Origin: Balanoglossus misakiensis | Lineage: Eukaryota > Animalia > Hemichordata | Reading direction: 5' to 3' | Assembly: GCA_040954595.2 (NCBI GenBank) | Contig: CM082591.2 | Location: forward strand, 9,315,209 to 9,379,208 | DNA length: 64,000 nt | Part shown: positions 48,501-63,819 of the stretch, one piece after another | Position numbering within the stretch: position 1 is the first letter of the stretch | Layout of the letters: each line of letters opens with the position of its first letter | Notes under the pieces: model-generated | Told to the model about the DNA's origin: nothing | The model's database searches: none | The model's input: only the letters and a program-made list of their open reading frames with translations | Made by a program: the position numbers and the translations under genes

Positions 48501-49158
48501 TGTGCATTATCATAGCACAGTCTGACCCGACATTATACCATATTTAGCATATTTTCAGTAATTAGTATGGCAGAATTCTATAGCAAGGTTATGATTGGTA
48601 ACTAATTAATATGCATATATTTAATTCACAGTCTTAAAATTAAATGTCATCATTTCAACGTGTGGCGGCGGAGGAGAGAGAAGACCTTGGCCACATCGAA
48701 GATCACTTTCTGGTGAGCACAACTTGTGGTATAATAATAATAATAATAATTTTGTCATACTGTCATATTTAATTGCTATTGCACACACAAAGAAATGTGT
48801 TGTGGTGTTTCAAGATAAAAAAGAACATTACATTACAGAAAAGGTTTGAGAAAAACGTACAAACAGAATGAAAAGAACAGTGTCTAGTGGGAGACGAGAT
48901 TGATGAACTTTCACAGCACATGGTTAACCATCATGTAACATGTGAATTGCAGTAGGGAAAAAGCTGTTCAAGTGACTGATTTGAGCTCCATAGCTAGTTA
49001 ATGCTAAAAATGTGTTGTTCAAGGTATAAGTGGTTTTTGCACTATAATTTGCAACAGAAATAGACACTGAGCACCAGCCTGCCCTCCCCTCTTGCTGACT
49101 TGTATGTATGTATGTATGTAGGAATTTTATCAGAATTATTGGCCCATTCGGTATATGT

Positions 49159-49330
49159 ATTTATACCACGGGACCTTATGGCGATCAGTTTCACCTGTAT
49201 GTATGTATGGATGTATGTCTGTATGTCCGTCCACATCAAACACTTGGAAACCACTAGCATATCACCTTGATATTTAGTGTGCAGATGCAGGCAGGGCTGT
49301 AGATGGGAGTTTGTCTAATAAGCTGGGAAA
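49159..49330 (+). mobile_element. HINE/DINE-1-like fragment with (TGTA)n microsatellite
   Basis: TTTATACCACG... start, then a TGTATGTATGG...GTCCGTCC microsatellite and TTGATATTTAGTGTG module. A similar fragment starts at ~17886 and ~20537. Confidence 0.35.
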
Positions 49331-51046
49331 ATGTAAAATTTGTCAAAACTCAGAAAATCGACAATCTATGTACTTTTAATTATGTCTATTAAATGATATT
49401 TCATGATAATATATCAAGCTCAACACTTATTTATGACAAAATGGCCAAAAATTAAAGAAAAACGAAAATTCCTACAATTTTTAAAAAAGTGCAATATTGC
49501 AATGAAAAGAGAAAATATAATGTCCTAGCGGTGTACATTTACTTCCATGAGCTCAAGTGGACGAGATCATGTTTTGTTTATGAAGTTTCATAACCGGAAA
49601 TGCAACATTTTCATTGTTTCTTGCATTTTCCCACAGTGGCTGCCATAATCGCTTGCGGCAAAGCTTTATTATTTATCTGGTTAAAACTTGCATATGCACT
49701 CATATTTAGAGTTTATAATGCTTGTGTATAGTTCACTGCTGTCATCTGCATGGACTAATGGCAGTACAATTTGAAACAAAAATTATGATAATTATTCCCA
49801 AAGTTGCAGCTTATGTGCCTTTAAAGTATATGGTCATTGTGACACAGACCAAAGAGTCTGAGTGTTTTATTAAAAACATCAAATTATACAATTTTTATGA
49901 GGTATGTCATTGTGTATGTATGTGTACATGTAACGTTTATGCATGGACATACATGTATGTCCATGGTTTATGTTGTCCCCAAAATATACAAAATGTCCCC
50001 AAAAGTAAATAGTGTGGGGGGGGGGGGGGGGGACACAGTGTCCCCTGTTATAAAATTCCTGGCTGCAACACTGCAGCTGACTTCTTTGAAATTTAGTATG
50101 AAGCTACCTATAGGTGATCTGAGTTACCGTAATTTTGTTTAAATTGAGCGATTTAATTGATTTTTTTTCATCTGAAAGCGCTCGTCTGATTACTTTCAAT
50201 TTTGTTGGCATGTTCCTATGGGTAACCCAAGTATGATGTTGTAAATAATTTGGTGAAAATTGCATGCTTGTGTTTTTGGGGAAATTTTTGCCAAAATGTT
50301 TTCTATGAGACCGCTTGTCAGATTACATTGAAATTTGGTAGTCATGTAGTGTTTGAAGTAAGATATTGGACAATTTTGGTGATATTTGCATTTTTTGCCA
50401 CTTTGAACAAATATTGTTTTTCTCTAAAATTGCTTGTCGGATTTCTTTGAAATTTGGTAGGAATAAAATTTTTGTGATTGCTTTGGAATTTGGGATACAA
50501 GTTCATAACACTATATGTGCAACTTTTATTACCTTTGAACACTGAGCTCCCCAGGGTAACATGACCTTAACCTCCCAGGTATATCCTGAGCTCCCCAGGG
50601 GGGTCTTGTCTGAAATATCATTTCTTTCTGAAATCATATTTGTATGCCCTTATATATTTTTTAAGAGGTGTAAACATTAGTCAAGTCGAAAATTTCCAAA
50701 CCCTAAGAATGTTCTTTCCTATGATTTTTTTCCTGATGGGCCCCTAGAACTATTTCAGCTTAGTTGCCAAAATGGCACTGTTGGTCATTTCTTCTAATTT
50801 GCATGATCAGAAATGGCCACCGAAATACCTCCTCTAAAATTAAATTTTGCCCTTTTTTCTCAAAATGATGTGAAGAATCTAATTTTCAGGATTCGCATTC
50901 ATATGGGTACCTTAAACAATACAACTGTATTGCAAGTATGGCAGTGTTGGGTAACTTTTCTAATTTGCATAATCAAACATGGCCGCAAAACACTACTAAA
51001 GGTGAAATTTTGCCACGTTTCCTGAAATGATGCGTAATATTTAAAT

Positions 51047-51707
51047 AATAACACATGTTAGCGAGGGCAATATCATGATCTTTGGCCTGCACGAGGGATG
51101 GTGATCTCTGACCATAATATTGATGATGCCCTCGCCTGCGGCTCGGGCATCATCAATATTATGGTCAGAGATCACCAGCCCGAGGTCAGGCCAAAGATCA
51201 TGATATTGTCCGAGCAGGACATGTGTTATTAATTTTATTATACCGAACATTTGACCATACATACAGCCTAGAGGGTTGCGTCCATGTCGTACATTGCAGG
51301 TTGCAGCGAACTAAAATATCTCGCCATACCTACTTCGAACTCAGATAATCTTGAGGAAACCACGCTGTTGGTTGCGACTTTGGTGTATTTACTGCCCGTT
51401 TGCGGTAAAATATCATCCAGTTGAACAGCTGTTAATCCTGTGTGTCGCTTTGAAGCCATATATGCGGGAGTTGACTGATCGTGAAGGAAGCCATTGAACG
51501 ACAGTTTGTTATGCGCAGAAAAAATGCGCAGAACCTCAAACCTGTTCTCAGCCTGCAATATACTCTCAGCGCGCCCGTATCCCCGGCCCGTAGCCCCTAC
51601 CTACGGGCCATATACTCTGTCAACCATGTAATATCACATTCTTTTCTATGTCACGTGGTACAGTTTCAGCCAATCAAAAGTACAGAATACAGAGTGAGGT
51701 GTAATAA
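51047..51707. mobile_element. Second Crypton-like non-autonomous palindromic element
   Basis: Palindrome 51047-51230 centred on GCCCTCGCCTGCGGCTCGGGC, then IR pair TTATTATACC (51235) / GGTGTAATAA (51698-51707). Confidence 0.55.
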
Positions 51708-53007
51708 CACATTTTAAGGACTTGCATCCATATTTTAAACAATACAACTTTATTACAAATATGGCAGTGTTGGGCAACTCTTCTAATTTGCATAATCAAA
51801 ATGGAAATTGAACATTCTCTTATCAAAGCAATTAATCTGATTCTGAATCCGTTTTCCCCCCAAAACAGAACACGATAAAATTTCTTTGCCAATGGCAGTA
51901 TAACATAATTAACACAAAATCTGAGATGTCCTAGGATATGTCCAATTTCTGAAAATTATATACATGTTGTAGGATGTAAAAGACAACCTGCACTGAAAAC
52001 TTGTGAACTTGGCATGGGCAGGCAGATGGCATAAACAGGGATGGGGGGGGGGGGGGTATACATCTCCCCGTTGCCATTTTTTTTGGGGGGGGGGGGGGAG
52101 GATATCTCTAGCATGTGAGTGACATCATTTTAAAGGGCCTTGGTCCCCTCAACAGGGGGGGTGTGTGCCATATGTGCTGGTAAACAAGGAAGCAAACGAA
52201 AACAATTTAAGGCCTGACTGCTTAACTAGAAAGAGAGCACACTGCAGACACCCATTATAATAATTTATATCAATGATAGTGATGTTCGAAAGATGCTATG
52301 ATGATGTAAATTTTATGTTAATTAGATATACTCTGCCAAGAATATGATTTGTCCGCCTTTCTAACTGCTGTGGGCCACAATGTCCCAGTGCTTTGTTAAC
52401 GTCACACAGTTCTGTGTGGTTTGAGCTAATAGTGTGAATTTTCTATCTTTTATGCATTTTTTGGTCTTGGTCTACATTTTGGTTAAAAATCTAGTTTTCT
52501 GGAATTGATCATCCGATTTCTTTGAAATTTAGTATGAAGCTTTATTTAGGTGATCTGAGTTACCCATAGTTTTTTCAATTTGTTGCAAAATTTGCATATT
52601 AATAGTTTTGGAGCAATTTTTGCCTTTTTTGGTAATTTTTTTCTCTCTAAAACCACTTGTGAGATTGCTTTGAAATTTGGTAGGCATGTTCCTTGGGTTA
52701 CCCCAAGAAAGATTTGCACGTATGTTTTTCAAATCAACTTGGAGAATTCAAGAGTATATTTTTGGGGTGATTTTTTGCCATTTTTGGTCCAAACTCTTTC
52801 ACAGAACCCTCTACCCTAATGCTTTAAAATTTGACACGAAGGTTCCTGGGTGATTTGTCAGGATGATTTACAAAACCTATGATGAAAGTGCCAATGTTTT
52901 GTGGGAGCAATATCTTGTATTTTGGTGGGCATATTTTCCAATTTTGATAAAAAAAATTATATTTCTCAGAAATTATATGGCTGAGTATTTTAAAATTTGA
53001 GTCGTAA

Positions 53008-53803
53008 GGGGCCGTTCAATTTTGACGGCTGGGGGGGGGGTGGTCGGCAAAATCCAGGTCGGGGGTCACTTAAATTTTGAAATCCAATGTGGGGGGGGGG
53101 GGGTCATCCTTTTTTTTAAACGGGGGGGGGGGGTTAGGGGGGGTGGGGTCACATTCTTTTGCCTCTGACATTTGGCTTTTGAGTCCACAAAATTGCTGTT
53201 TTGCACCCTTTATTTTACAAAATTTTCTAATGTGGGAGGGGGACACACCTTCCCCTCCATTCTTCGCCACATTTCATTTATTGGCTGGTTTGTCTAGTGT
53301 ACCAGGGCAGACTACTTGCCACCCTATCCCACCCATGCTTACTTTGAGTGGAGTGGCAAAAGTAAAATTGGTCTTCCCAAACATTGAGTTAATTTGCTTT
53401 TGAGTTCATTAAAATGCAAGGGGGGGACACCCCCTCCCACACCCACCCCCACCACTTTTCTTGTTTTACCAATTCTAGCAATTATTGTATTGACTTTTCA
53501 TTTTAATTTATTCATAGATTTCTTTATTGCAACGATATACTATTATATACTTCAATTACTTTAAGAAATTTATAATTGAGTTGTGAGGAGCCTCATTCCC
53601 TTTATTGCATACAGTTTACATAGATTCAGGACGGCAATTTTTTTCGGCGTGGGGGGGGGGGGGGTCCATTATATTTTTGGGCCTGTCAAAAGGGGGGGAG
53701 TCATCATTTTTTGGTCCTGGGTGAAGGGGGGGGGGTCGGCCTGATTTTAAAAACTAATGACACAAACTTGCCGGGCCCCCAGCCGTAAAAATTGAACAGT
53801 CCC
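53008..53803. mobile_element. PIF/Harbinger-type MITE
   Basis: TIRs GGGGCCGTTCAATTTTGACGGCTGGGGG / CCCCCAGCCGTAAAAATTGAACAGTCCC; TAA on both flanks; internal poly-G runs. Confidence 0.75.
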
Positions 53804-56680
53804 TAAGTTAATGTGATTGGCTTCTTTAGAATTATAATGGAATCAAATCATAGGTAATTTGGAACTTTTATTTTTTGTAGGATATTTTGTCTTATTCCAC
53901 ATTAAAATTCATCTCAAGAAAAGCAATTTATTAGGCCATAGTTCTTTGTAATAAAGGAGGAACCCACTAGTGAGATTTGAATACACAGTAAATTCCTGCT
54001 TCTGGTTAACTGTTCTATTTGGTGTATGGACAGTACATATGCCATTTGTAGCTTATGGTTCAGTCAGTGTTTGCCTGTTGATCTCTCTATGTGTGTGCGC
54101 GTCTGCCTGTATATGTACTCCGATGTAGACTTTCTCTTGTGTAATCCCTCAATGGGAGTGTCACTGTGTTCGTGACGCGACTTTTTTATTTTGGTCTACT
54201 CTCAAATAATATGGCGTATTTTCAGGGTTTTCATATATAGAATTGATTTCCTATACTATTCATACTACAGGTCAAAGAAATGCGCGAAATGTTGGGTCAA
54301 GTGTAAATTCACTTAAACAAAATATTGAACATTTTATGAATGGAAATGGTTATAAGCCTGAAAGAGGGAATTGTATTTGTCATTAAATTTAGAGGGAAGT
54401 GGTCATCCTACCCCGTGGGTGTCCCCCTTGATAAGAATATGTCCTCCCCATACAAGCGCAAACGCCACTTCATTCGCCACGACCTAAAAGGATCTTCAGT
54501 TGCTGTCATGCCCAGTCTACGCTACAGTTGGCTGCTTCGTTCATTCTAAGAATAATCTAATTTCAGGGATTTGTGGATGAATTGTAATGTTTATAAACAA
54601 ACGAGCGCAACACAATGACCATTTCAATTGACGTAATAATTTCTGATGGACTTATCTTCAGTTTCAACTGAGTCAGAATGCCACTAGTACTTTGAGAAAT
54701 CCCATACTAATCATGTAGCATGGAAAAACAACCTCTTTATCCAAAATATATGTTCATCCCTAATGATACGGTCACAAAGAGCCATGCATTCTGCATCATC
54801 CTGTTTCTCCATCTTGTGATGGGGGAACAGGATGATGCAGTTTCATCTCCTCTTTTTGCAATTTTTAAGCATTTTCATCTGGTGGGTTTATGACGACAGT
54901 ACATATGATCCATACAGGCTGATGCATGAACAGCCATGGGAAATATATCAATGCACTCATGAACTAGATCTGCAGACAGTGTCATACCTTTTAGAGCTTC
55001 TTTCGTGATCTTTATGACAGACATTCTTCCAAATACCGTTCACAGTGCAGACAGACAAGGCTTGGCATAAAGCCTATGTTGCTTGTAAGGAACACATCTC
55101 CAACTGGTACTTTGGGCCACTCAAACTGCCCATGTACAGATAGGAAACCCACATACCGGTACTTCCGTTCCTGAACCTTTCATTAGTTTTGTGGTGCAGC
55201 GTAGGAATTAAGATTGGCTCGACAATTTGCACACTTAATTGCCTCTTTACCTAATTTGCGTATCTTGATTAGGTTGTTGGCGTTGCTCTAATGGTCTTAA
55301 AATGTAACCATTGAGTACTTGATAAAAACAATTGTGTCATTTCAGTCAATAATCTTTGAGGCCGAGCGTAGTCTTTAGTGTACTGTGTCATGCGGTTGCC
55401 CTCACATCCAGTGATTTATAGCCAGCTGAAACAGAATGTAGTTTGCCAAGGCAGCCACCAAAAAACAGAAAAAAGGGTTTATGCCTTGTTATTCAAGTGA
55501 CGTGCGCACTGACCAGAAGCATTTCATTTATTTGGCCTAATTAACAAATTAACACCAGAAATGGATTCAATGTATATAAACAAATTAAAAAATAATATAT
55601 TACACAATAATCATGAAACAAGACGGGCAAAAGTTAAATTATACAGGGGTGTGTGGCGCCCATTTTGAATTATGCAAATTAGAACAGTTGTCTAATATTG
55701 CCATGTCAACCAAGTTGAAATTGTTTTAGGTACCCATATTAATGAAAACCCTGAAATAAGATATAACATACCATTTTAAGACAAACATGGGAAATTACAT
55801 TTTAGGGGTGTTAGAGGTGTTTTTTTGCACGTGTACTCTAGTTTCGAATGACATACTAAGATGGATGATGCATGGTCAACTTTTTTACCTAATTTAAAGT
55901 AAATGACATAATTTTTAACCCAAAAACGCCACCATTTCCGGGGATCGATAATATATGCAACTCAAACAAAAGTTCAAAAACTCAGCCTGCAGAATATATA
56001 TGGTTTATGGGGGTTTTAACTTTGTCTTTGATGAGGAATAGGCCTCTGAAAAAGTCTTGACGGTTTCATGCAATGCCACCTTAAGCATAGTCATAGTATC
56101 CAACAAAATTAGTTTGTTCCTACACGAATAGCGAACACTTTGCTCCCCCCCTCCCCATGAATGGCTCTTTCCTCAACCACATTTTATTGAGCGAAATATT
56201 GAATTGAATTGGAGTGGACGCTCATTTTATCATGGAAAACCACTCACAAATTTGTGATCAGAAACGAAACGGTGTCACTTGTCGCATATTCGGATATACA
56301 GAATTTTCATACTGGCTGTATGTAAACAGCGAAGACATTAATCAACAGTCATTGTCCGCTCACCGTGTGCCCAATCGGCCGTTGAATTGACTACCATAGC
56401 AAAAGAGCTTTGTGGGTAGAGATGATAACAGTCAGTCATTTTTGGTAGCACTACTGTGAAGCTGGTGAAATCTCTCCAGTCACTATGCTCATAGACCCAT
56501 CCGAATCAAGTTCACTGATCCAGACTTCAAATTTATCGGTATTGAATTTGAAAAGGGAAAGAGTTTCTTTTCCATGCCTATAAAGAAATAGTGGCCAACT
56601 GATGCAATATGCGCGATTAACTCAGTCAGTGTCCATTGCAATGACGTGGGTGGGGCCTGTTCGTAAAGAACTACATGTAA

Positions 56681-57777
56681 GGCCAAAAAAAAAAAAGAGT
56701 TAAAAAAAGCATAAGTAAATTACAACACTTTACATGTGAACTTGACAACATATTAACAGTTACAGTTTTTTTCTACTTTAAATTAGTAGATTTTGCAGAG
56801 GAAGACACCAGCTTGCATAACTTTCAGGGCATGTAATTTTAAAAATGCTGGAGAGCTGAAAATAACTCTCCTGAAATTAATTACACAAGTGGTAGGAGAG
56901 TGACTGATTAACTGCTCCCCTGGCAAGTAGAGTGAAATGAATAAAAAAAAATGCAACTGCAAAAACAATAGTGTCTTTCTTTAATACTATACCTGAGAAA
57001 AAAATTCTTGTTTGATTTTAAAAGTTTCAGTTTTATAGCTGCCAAAATATTAGATTGTGAAACCATTAATAGTTAAATAAATTGAAGTGGTATATATTTC
57101 TTCAGATTTCTGCCTACACTTCCCCATCTGTGGCTAGGCACACTACTCAAATAAACAGTCTCTGTACATATTGAATGACTTTCCTTCCTAAGTAAGAAAA
57201 CAAGGTCATGGAAAACTGATACATTCTTGATAATCGCCATGGCAAGAACGCAGTTTCTTTAATTTGCATAAAATTGTTACGTTTTGCCAACCCAATTTCA
57301 AAAGTCGCCATAACAACAAGTTCCCTTGAGTGCAGAGTGTGTGCTCTAAATTTAGACGGTGTCCAGATAGGCTGTTCCAACAATTGCACACTACAGCCCT
57401 GGAGCTAAATTACACGTGAATGAATGTGAAAGTCATCTACAACATAGTTTTGGGGAGTGGGAAGTTAAAATGTATAGGCCAGCACGCAGTAATATCGGCC
57501 GTTTTCCCAGTGTTTTGACTGACGGTGCCTGCTATTGAGGCTTGGACGCGCATGTACTGGCCGGTTGGCTGCTCACGAAGGGGCGATTGTCGCCCCCTGA
57601 ACTTGTTACAAGGGGCGCTTCAAGTGTAAAATAGGGGGAATCGCGCGATCGCGCGTCCTGGAGAAAACACTGAACTGTTGATTTCCGGGTTCGAAAATTA
57701 CGAAAAAAAAGCCTTGACGCGCATGTTTAAAAGTGACGCGCGCGAGGACGCTAAACAAAACTCTTTTTTTTTTGGCC
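56681..57777. mobile_element. PIF/Harbinger-type MITE
   Basis: TIRs GGCC(A)nGAGTT / AACTC(T)nGGCC; TAA on both flanks. Confidence 0.7.
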
Positions 57778-58537
57778 TAACTGGTGTTCCTTGGATGTTT
57801 GTAGTCAATCAACATTGTTTGTCCATGGTTTGACAACAAGAAAATACCAACTCTTGTTTTTATTTTATCTTTCATTCGCGGGTGTCTGTTCCAATAGAAT
57901 AAATGTATGAAGATTTGTCTTCTACATGTATCTACTGTAAAATAATTAAAAGACAATGACACACGCATTTGTTGCCATGTTTTATTCATTAGGCTACAAA
58001 ATTGAGTTTTTAATTTCTTCAAGCGTCTCCGTTGTATGTCTGCTTCAATATAAGCAATGTTGCACATCTTGTTACATATGCCCATAGTGTAAGCCTGATA
58101 AAAAGGTGTGATGCCACTGCAGTGATCTTGAGGGTTGTGTTGGACTGCATATTTTCCTGCGCAGTGGGTTTATTCTGGCTAGATATAATATTTACACTCA
58201 CAGATGTTACTCTATCAGTTGGTGGCATTGAATTTGAAGGCGGCACTTTCACTTTGTCTTTCAGCTTTGCAACATGGACACCAATGTAAAACTGCGCAGT
58301 GGAAATGGTAATGGTGGAAGTGGTCAGCATTGGTTCCCAAGTGATTTTCCTGTGGATTTTCCCAACATTACCAGCGATCGCATTCTTCGTCAAATTGTTC
58401 ATGAATCGTTAAGCCGCTAAGACACTTCAGGTTAGGTTGACCCCCAACTTTTAGAATTTGCATGGCCAATGGGGGAGAGGGCAGTTTTTCCTCATTTATA
58501 ATTGGCTCGAGGTTTTTTCACTGTCCTCAGGCGCGTA

Positions 58538-58733
58538 ATCATCATTATCATCACCTACTTCATCATCATCATCATCATCAATCACAATCATCATCATCAT
58601 CATCATCATCAATCACAATCATCATCATCATCACAATCATCATCATCATCACCTTACCTCCATACATACCTACAAACAAACCAACAAACAAACAAACAAA
58701 CCTTCTTCCATCATCATCATCATCATCTTCATC

Positions 58734-58775
<42 letters not shown>

Positions 58776-58845
58776 TTCATCATTACAATCATCATCATCA
58801 TTCCATCATCATCATCATCATCATCATCATCTTCATCATCATCAC

Positions 58846-58892
<47 letters not shown>

Positions 58893-58950
58893 CCATCATC
58901 ATCATCATAATCATCATCATCATCTTCATCATCACAATCATCATCATCTT

Positions 58951-58983
<33 letters not shown>

Positions 58984-59909
58984 TCCATCATCATCATCAT
59001 CATCATAATTTTCTTCATCATCATCATCTTCATTATCACAATCATCATCATCATCATCATCATCATTATCATCATCATCATCATCATTCCATCATCATCA
59101 TCACAATCATCATCATCATCATCATCATATATATCTTCTTCATTTTCTTCAACTTCATCATCATCATCTTCATCATCATCTTCATCATCTTCATCACCTT
59201 ACCTCCATACCTACCTACAAACAAACCAACAAACAAACAAACAAACCTTCATCCATCATCATCTTCATCATTTTCATCATCATCATTCCATCATCATCAT
59301 CACAATCATCATCATCATCATCATCATCTATATCTTCTTCATTTTCTTCAACTTCATCATCATCATCTTCATCATCATCTTCATCATCTTCATCACCTTA
59401 CCTCCATACCTACCTACAAACAAACCAACAAACAAACAAACAAATCTTCATCCATCATCATCATCTTCATCATCATCATCATCATCATCATCATCTTCAT
59501 CATCATCATCACAATCATCATTATCATCATCATCATCATCATCTTCATCATCATCATCTTCATCATAATCATCACCATCATCATCATCATCATCCCATCA
59601 TCATCATCATCTTCATCATTTCATCATCATCATTCCATCATCATCATCACAATCATCATCATCTTCATCAACATCATCATCATCTTTATCTTCTTCATTT
59701 TCTTCATATTCATCATCATCATCTTCATCATCATCATCATAATCATCTTCATCATCATCTTCATCATCATCTTCATCTTCATCACCTTACCTCCATACCT
59801 ACCTACAAACAAACCAACAAACAAACAAACAAACAAACAAACCTTCAACCATCATCATCATCATCATCATCACCTTCATCTTCATCATCATCATCATCAT
59901 CATCATCTT

Positions 59910-59990
<81 letters not shown>

Positions 59991-60397
59991 AATCATCATT
60001 CCATCATCATCATCAATCACAATCATCATCATCTTCATCTTCATCATTATCATCATCATCACCTACCTCCATACCTACCTACAAACAAACCAACCAACAA
60101 ACAAACAAACCTCCATCTATCATCATCATCATCATCATCATCATCACAATCATCATCATCATCATCATCTTAATCATCATCATCATCATCACCATCATCA
60201 TCATCATAATCATCATCTTCATCTTCATCATCTTCATCTTCATCATCATCACAATCATCATCATCATCTTCATTATTATCATCTCAATCATCATCATCAT
60301 CATTTTCATCTTCATCATCATCACAATCATCATCATCATCATCTTCATCATCATCTTCATCATCTTCATCTTCATCATCATCATCTTAATCCTCATC

Positions 60398-60429
<32 letters not shown>

Positions 60430-60620
60430 CATCATCATCATAATCATCATTCCATCATCATCATCATCATCATTCCATCATCATCATCATCAATCAAAAT
60501 CATCATCATCTTCATCTTCATCATTATCATCATCATCACCTTACCTCCATACCTACCTACAAACAAACCAACAACAAACAAACAAACAAACAAACAAACA
60601 AACCTTCATCCATCATCATC

Positions 60621-60657
<37 letters not shown>

Positions 60658-61290
60658 CAATCATCATTATCATCATCATCATCATCTTCATCATCATCAT
60701 CTTCATCATAATCATCACCATCATCATCATCATCATCATCATCATTATCATCATCATCATCTTCATCATCATCATCATCATCACAATCATCATCATCATG
60801 CCATCATCATCATATCATCTTCTCATCATCAGCTTTATCATTTTCATCATCATCATTCCATCATCATCATCACAATCATCATCATCATCTATATCTTCTT
60901 CATTTTCTTCAACTTCATCATCATCATCTTCATCATCATCTTCATCATCTTCATCGCCTTACCTCCATACCTACCTACAAACAAACAAACAAACAAACAA
61001 ACAAACCTTCATCCATCATCATCTTCATCATCATCATCATCATCATCACAATCATCATTATCATCATCATCATCATCTTCATCGGCATCATCTTCATCAT
61101 TTTCATCATCATCATTCCATCATCATCATCACAATCATCATCATCATCATCATCTATATCTTCTTCATTTTCTTCAACTTCATCATCATCATCTTCATCA
61201 TCATCTTCATCACCTTACCTCCATACCTACCTACAAACAAACCAACAAACAAACAAACAAACAAACAAATCTTCATCCATCATCATCATC

Positions 61291-61323
<33 letters not shown>

Positions 61324-61730
61324 TTCATCATCATCACAATCATCATTATCATCATCATCATCATCATCATCTTCATCATCATCATCTTCATCATAATCAT
61401 CACCATCATCATCATCATCATCATCATCCCATCATCATCATCATCTTTATCATCATCATCTTCATCATTTTCATCATCATCATTCCATCATCATCACCAC
61501 AATCATCATCATCTTCATCAACATCATCATCATCTTTATCTTCTTCATTTTCTTCATATTCATGCATCATCATCTTCATCATCATCATCACAATCATCTT
61601 CATCATCATCTTCATCATCATCTTCATCACCTTACCTCCATACCTACCTACAAACAAACAAACAAACAAACAAACCTTCAACCATCATCATCATCATCAC
61701 CTTCATCTTCATCATCATCATCATCATCTT

Positions 61731-61799
<69 letters not shown>

Positions 61800-62179
61800 A
61801 ATCATCATTCCATCATCATCATCAACCACAATCATCATCATCTTCATCTTCATCATTATCATCATCATCACCTTACCTCCATACCTACCTACAAAAAAAC
61901 CAACCAACAAACAACAAACCTCCATCTATCATCATCATCACCATCATCATCATAATCATCATCTTCATCTTCATCATCTTCATCTTCATCATCATCACAA
62001 TCATCATCATCATCATCTTCATTATTATCATCTCAATCATCTTCATCATCATCATCATTTTCATCTTCATCATCATCACAATCATCATCATCATCATCAT
62101 CATCTTCATCATCATCTTCATCATCTTCATCATCTTCATCTTCATCTTCATCATCATCATCTTAATCATCATCATCATC

Positions 62180-62211
<32 letters not shown>

Positions 62212-62405
62212 CATCATCATAATCATCATTCCATCATCATCATCATCATCATTCCATCATCATCATCATCATCATCATCAATCACAATCATCATCATCTT
62301 CATCTTCATCATTATCATCATCATCACCTTACCTCCATACCTACCTACAAACCAACCAACCAACAAACAAACAAACAAACAAACAAACCTTCATCCATCA
62401 TCATC

Positions 62406-62442
<37 letters not shown>

Positions 62443-62503
62443 CAATCATCATTATCATCATCATCATCATCTTCATCATCATCATCTTCATCATAATCAT
62501 CAC

Positions 62504-62540
<37 letters not shown>

Positions 62541-63092
62541 TTCATCATCATCCTCACCATCATCTTCATCATCACAATCATCATCATCATCCCATCATCA
62601 TCATCATCTTCATCGTCATCATCTTCATCATTTTCATCATCATCATTCCATCATCATCATCACAATCATCATCATCATCATCATCTATATCTTCTTCATT
62701 TTCTTCAACTTCATCATCATCATCTTCATCATCATCTTCATCATCTTCATCACCTTACCTCCATACCTACCTACAAACAAACAAACAAACAAACAAACAA
62801 ACAAACAAACAAACCTTCATCCATCATCATCTTCATCATCATCATCATCATCATCATCACAATCATCATTATCATCATCATCATCATCTTCATCGTCATC
62901 ATCTTCATCATTTCATCATCATCATTCCATCATCATCATCACAATCATCATCATCATCATCATCTATATCTTCTTCATTTTCTTCAACTTCATCATCATC
63001 ATCTTCATCATCATCTTCATCACCTTACCTCCATACCTACCTACAAACAAACAACAAACAAACAAACAAACAAACAAACAAACAAATCTTCA

Positions 63093-63143
<51 letters not shown>

Positions 63144-63543
63144 TTCATCATCATCACAATCATCATTATCATCATCATCATCATCATCTTCATCATCATC
63201 ATCTTCATCATACATCACCATCATCATCATCATCATCATCATCCCATCATCATCATCATATTATCATCATCATCTTCATCATTTTCATCATCATCATTCC
63301 ATCATCATCACCACAATCATCATCATCTTCATCTACATCATCATCATCTTTATCTTCTTCATTTCTTCATATTCATCATCATCATCTTCATCATCATCAT
63401 CACTATCATCTTCATCATCATCTTCATCATCATCTTCATCATCTTCATCACCTTACCTCCATACCTACCTACAAACAAACAAACAAACAAAACAAACCTT
63501 CAACCATCATCATCATCACCTTCATCTTCATCATCATCATCTT

Positions 63544-63636
<93 letters not shown>

Positions 63637-63765
63637 AATCATCATTCCATCATCATCATCAACCACAATCATCATCATCTTCATCTTCATCATTATCATC
63701 ATCATCACCTTACCTCCATACCTACCTACAAAAAAACCAACCAACAAACAAACAAACCTCCATCT

Positions 63766-63819
<54 letters not shown>

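Noticed and set aside
57777-58402. Overlapping minus-strand ORFs of 102 and 127 aa
   Set aside because: No recognisable domain. Could be a decayed gene but cannot be supported from sequence alone.
58462-63747. Long poly-His/Ser/Ile and poly-Met ORFs
   Set aside because: These are translations of the (CAT)n satellite, which lacks stop codons by composition; no coding evidence.
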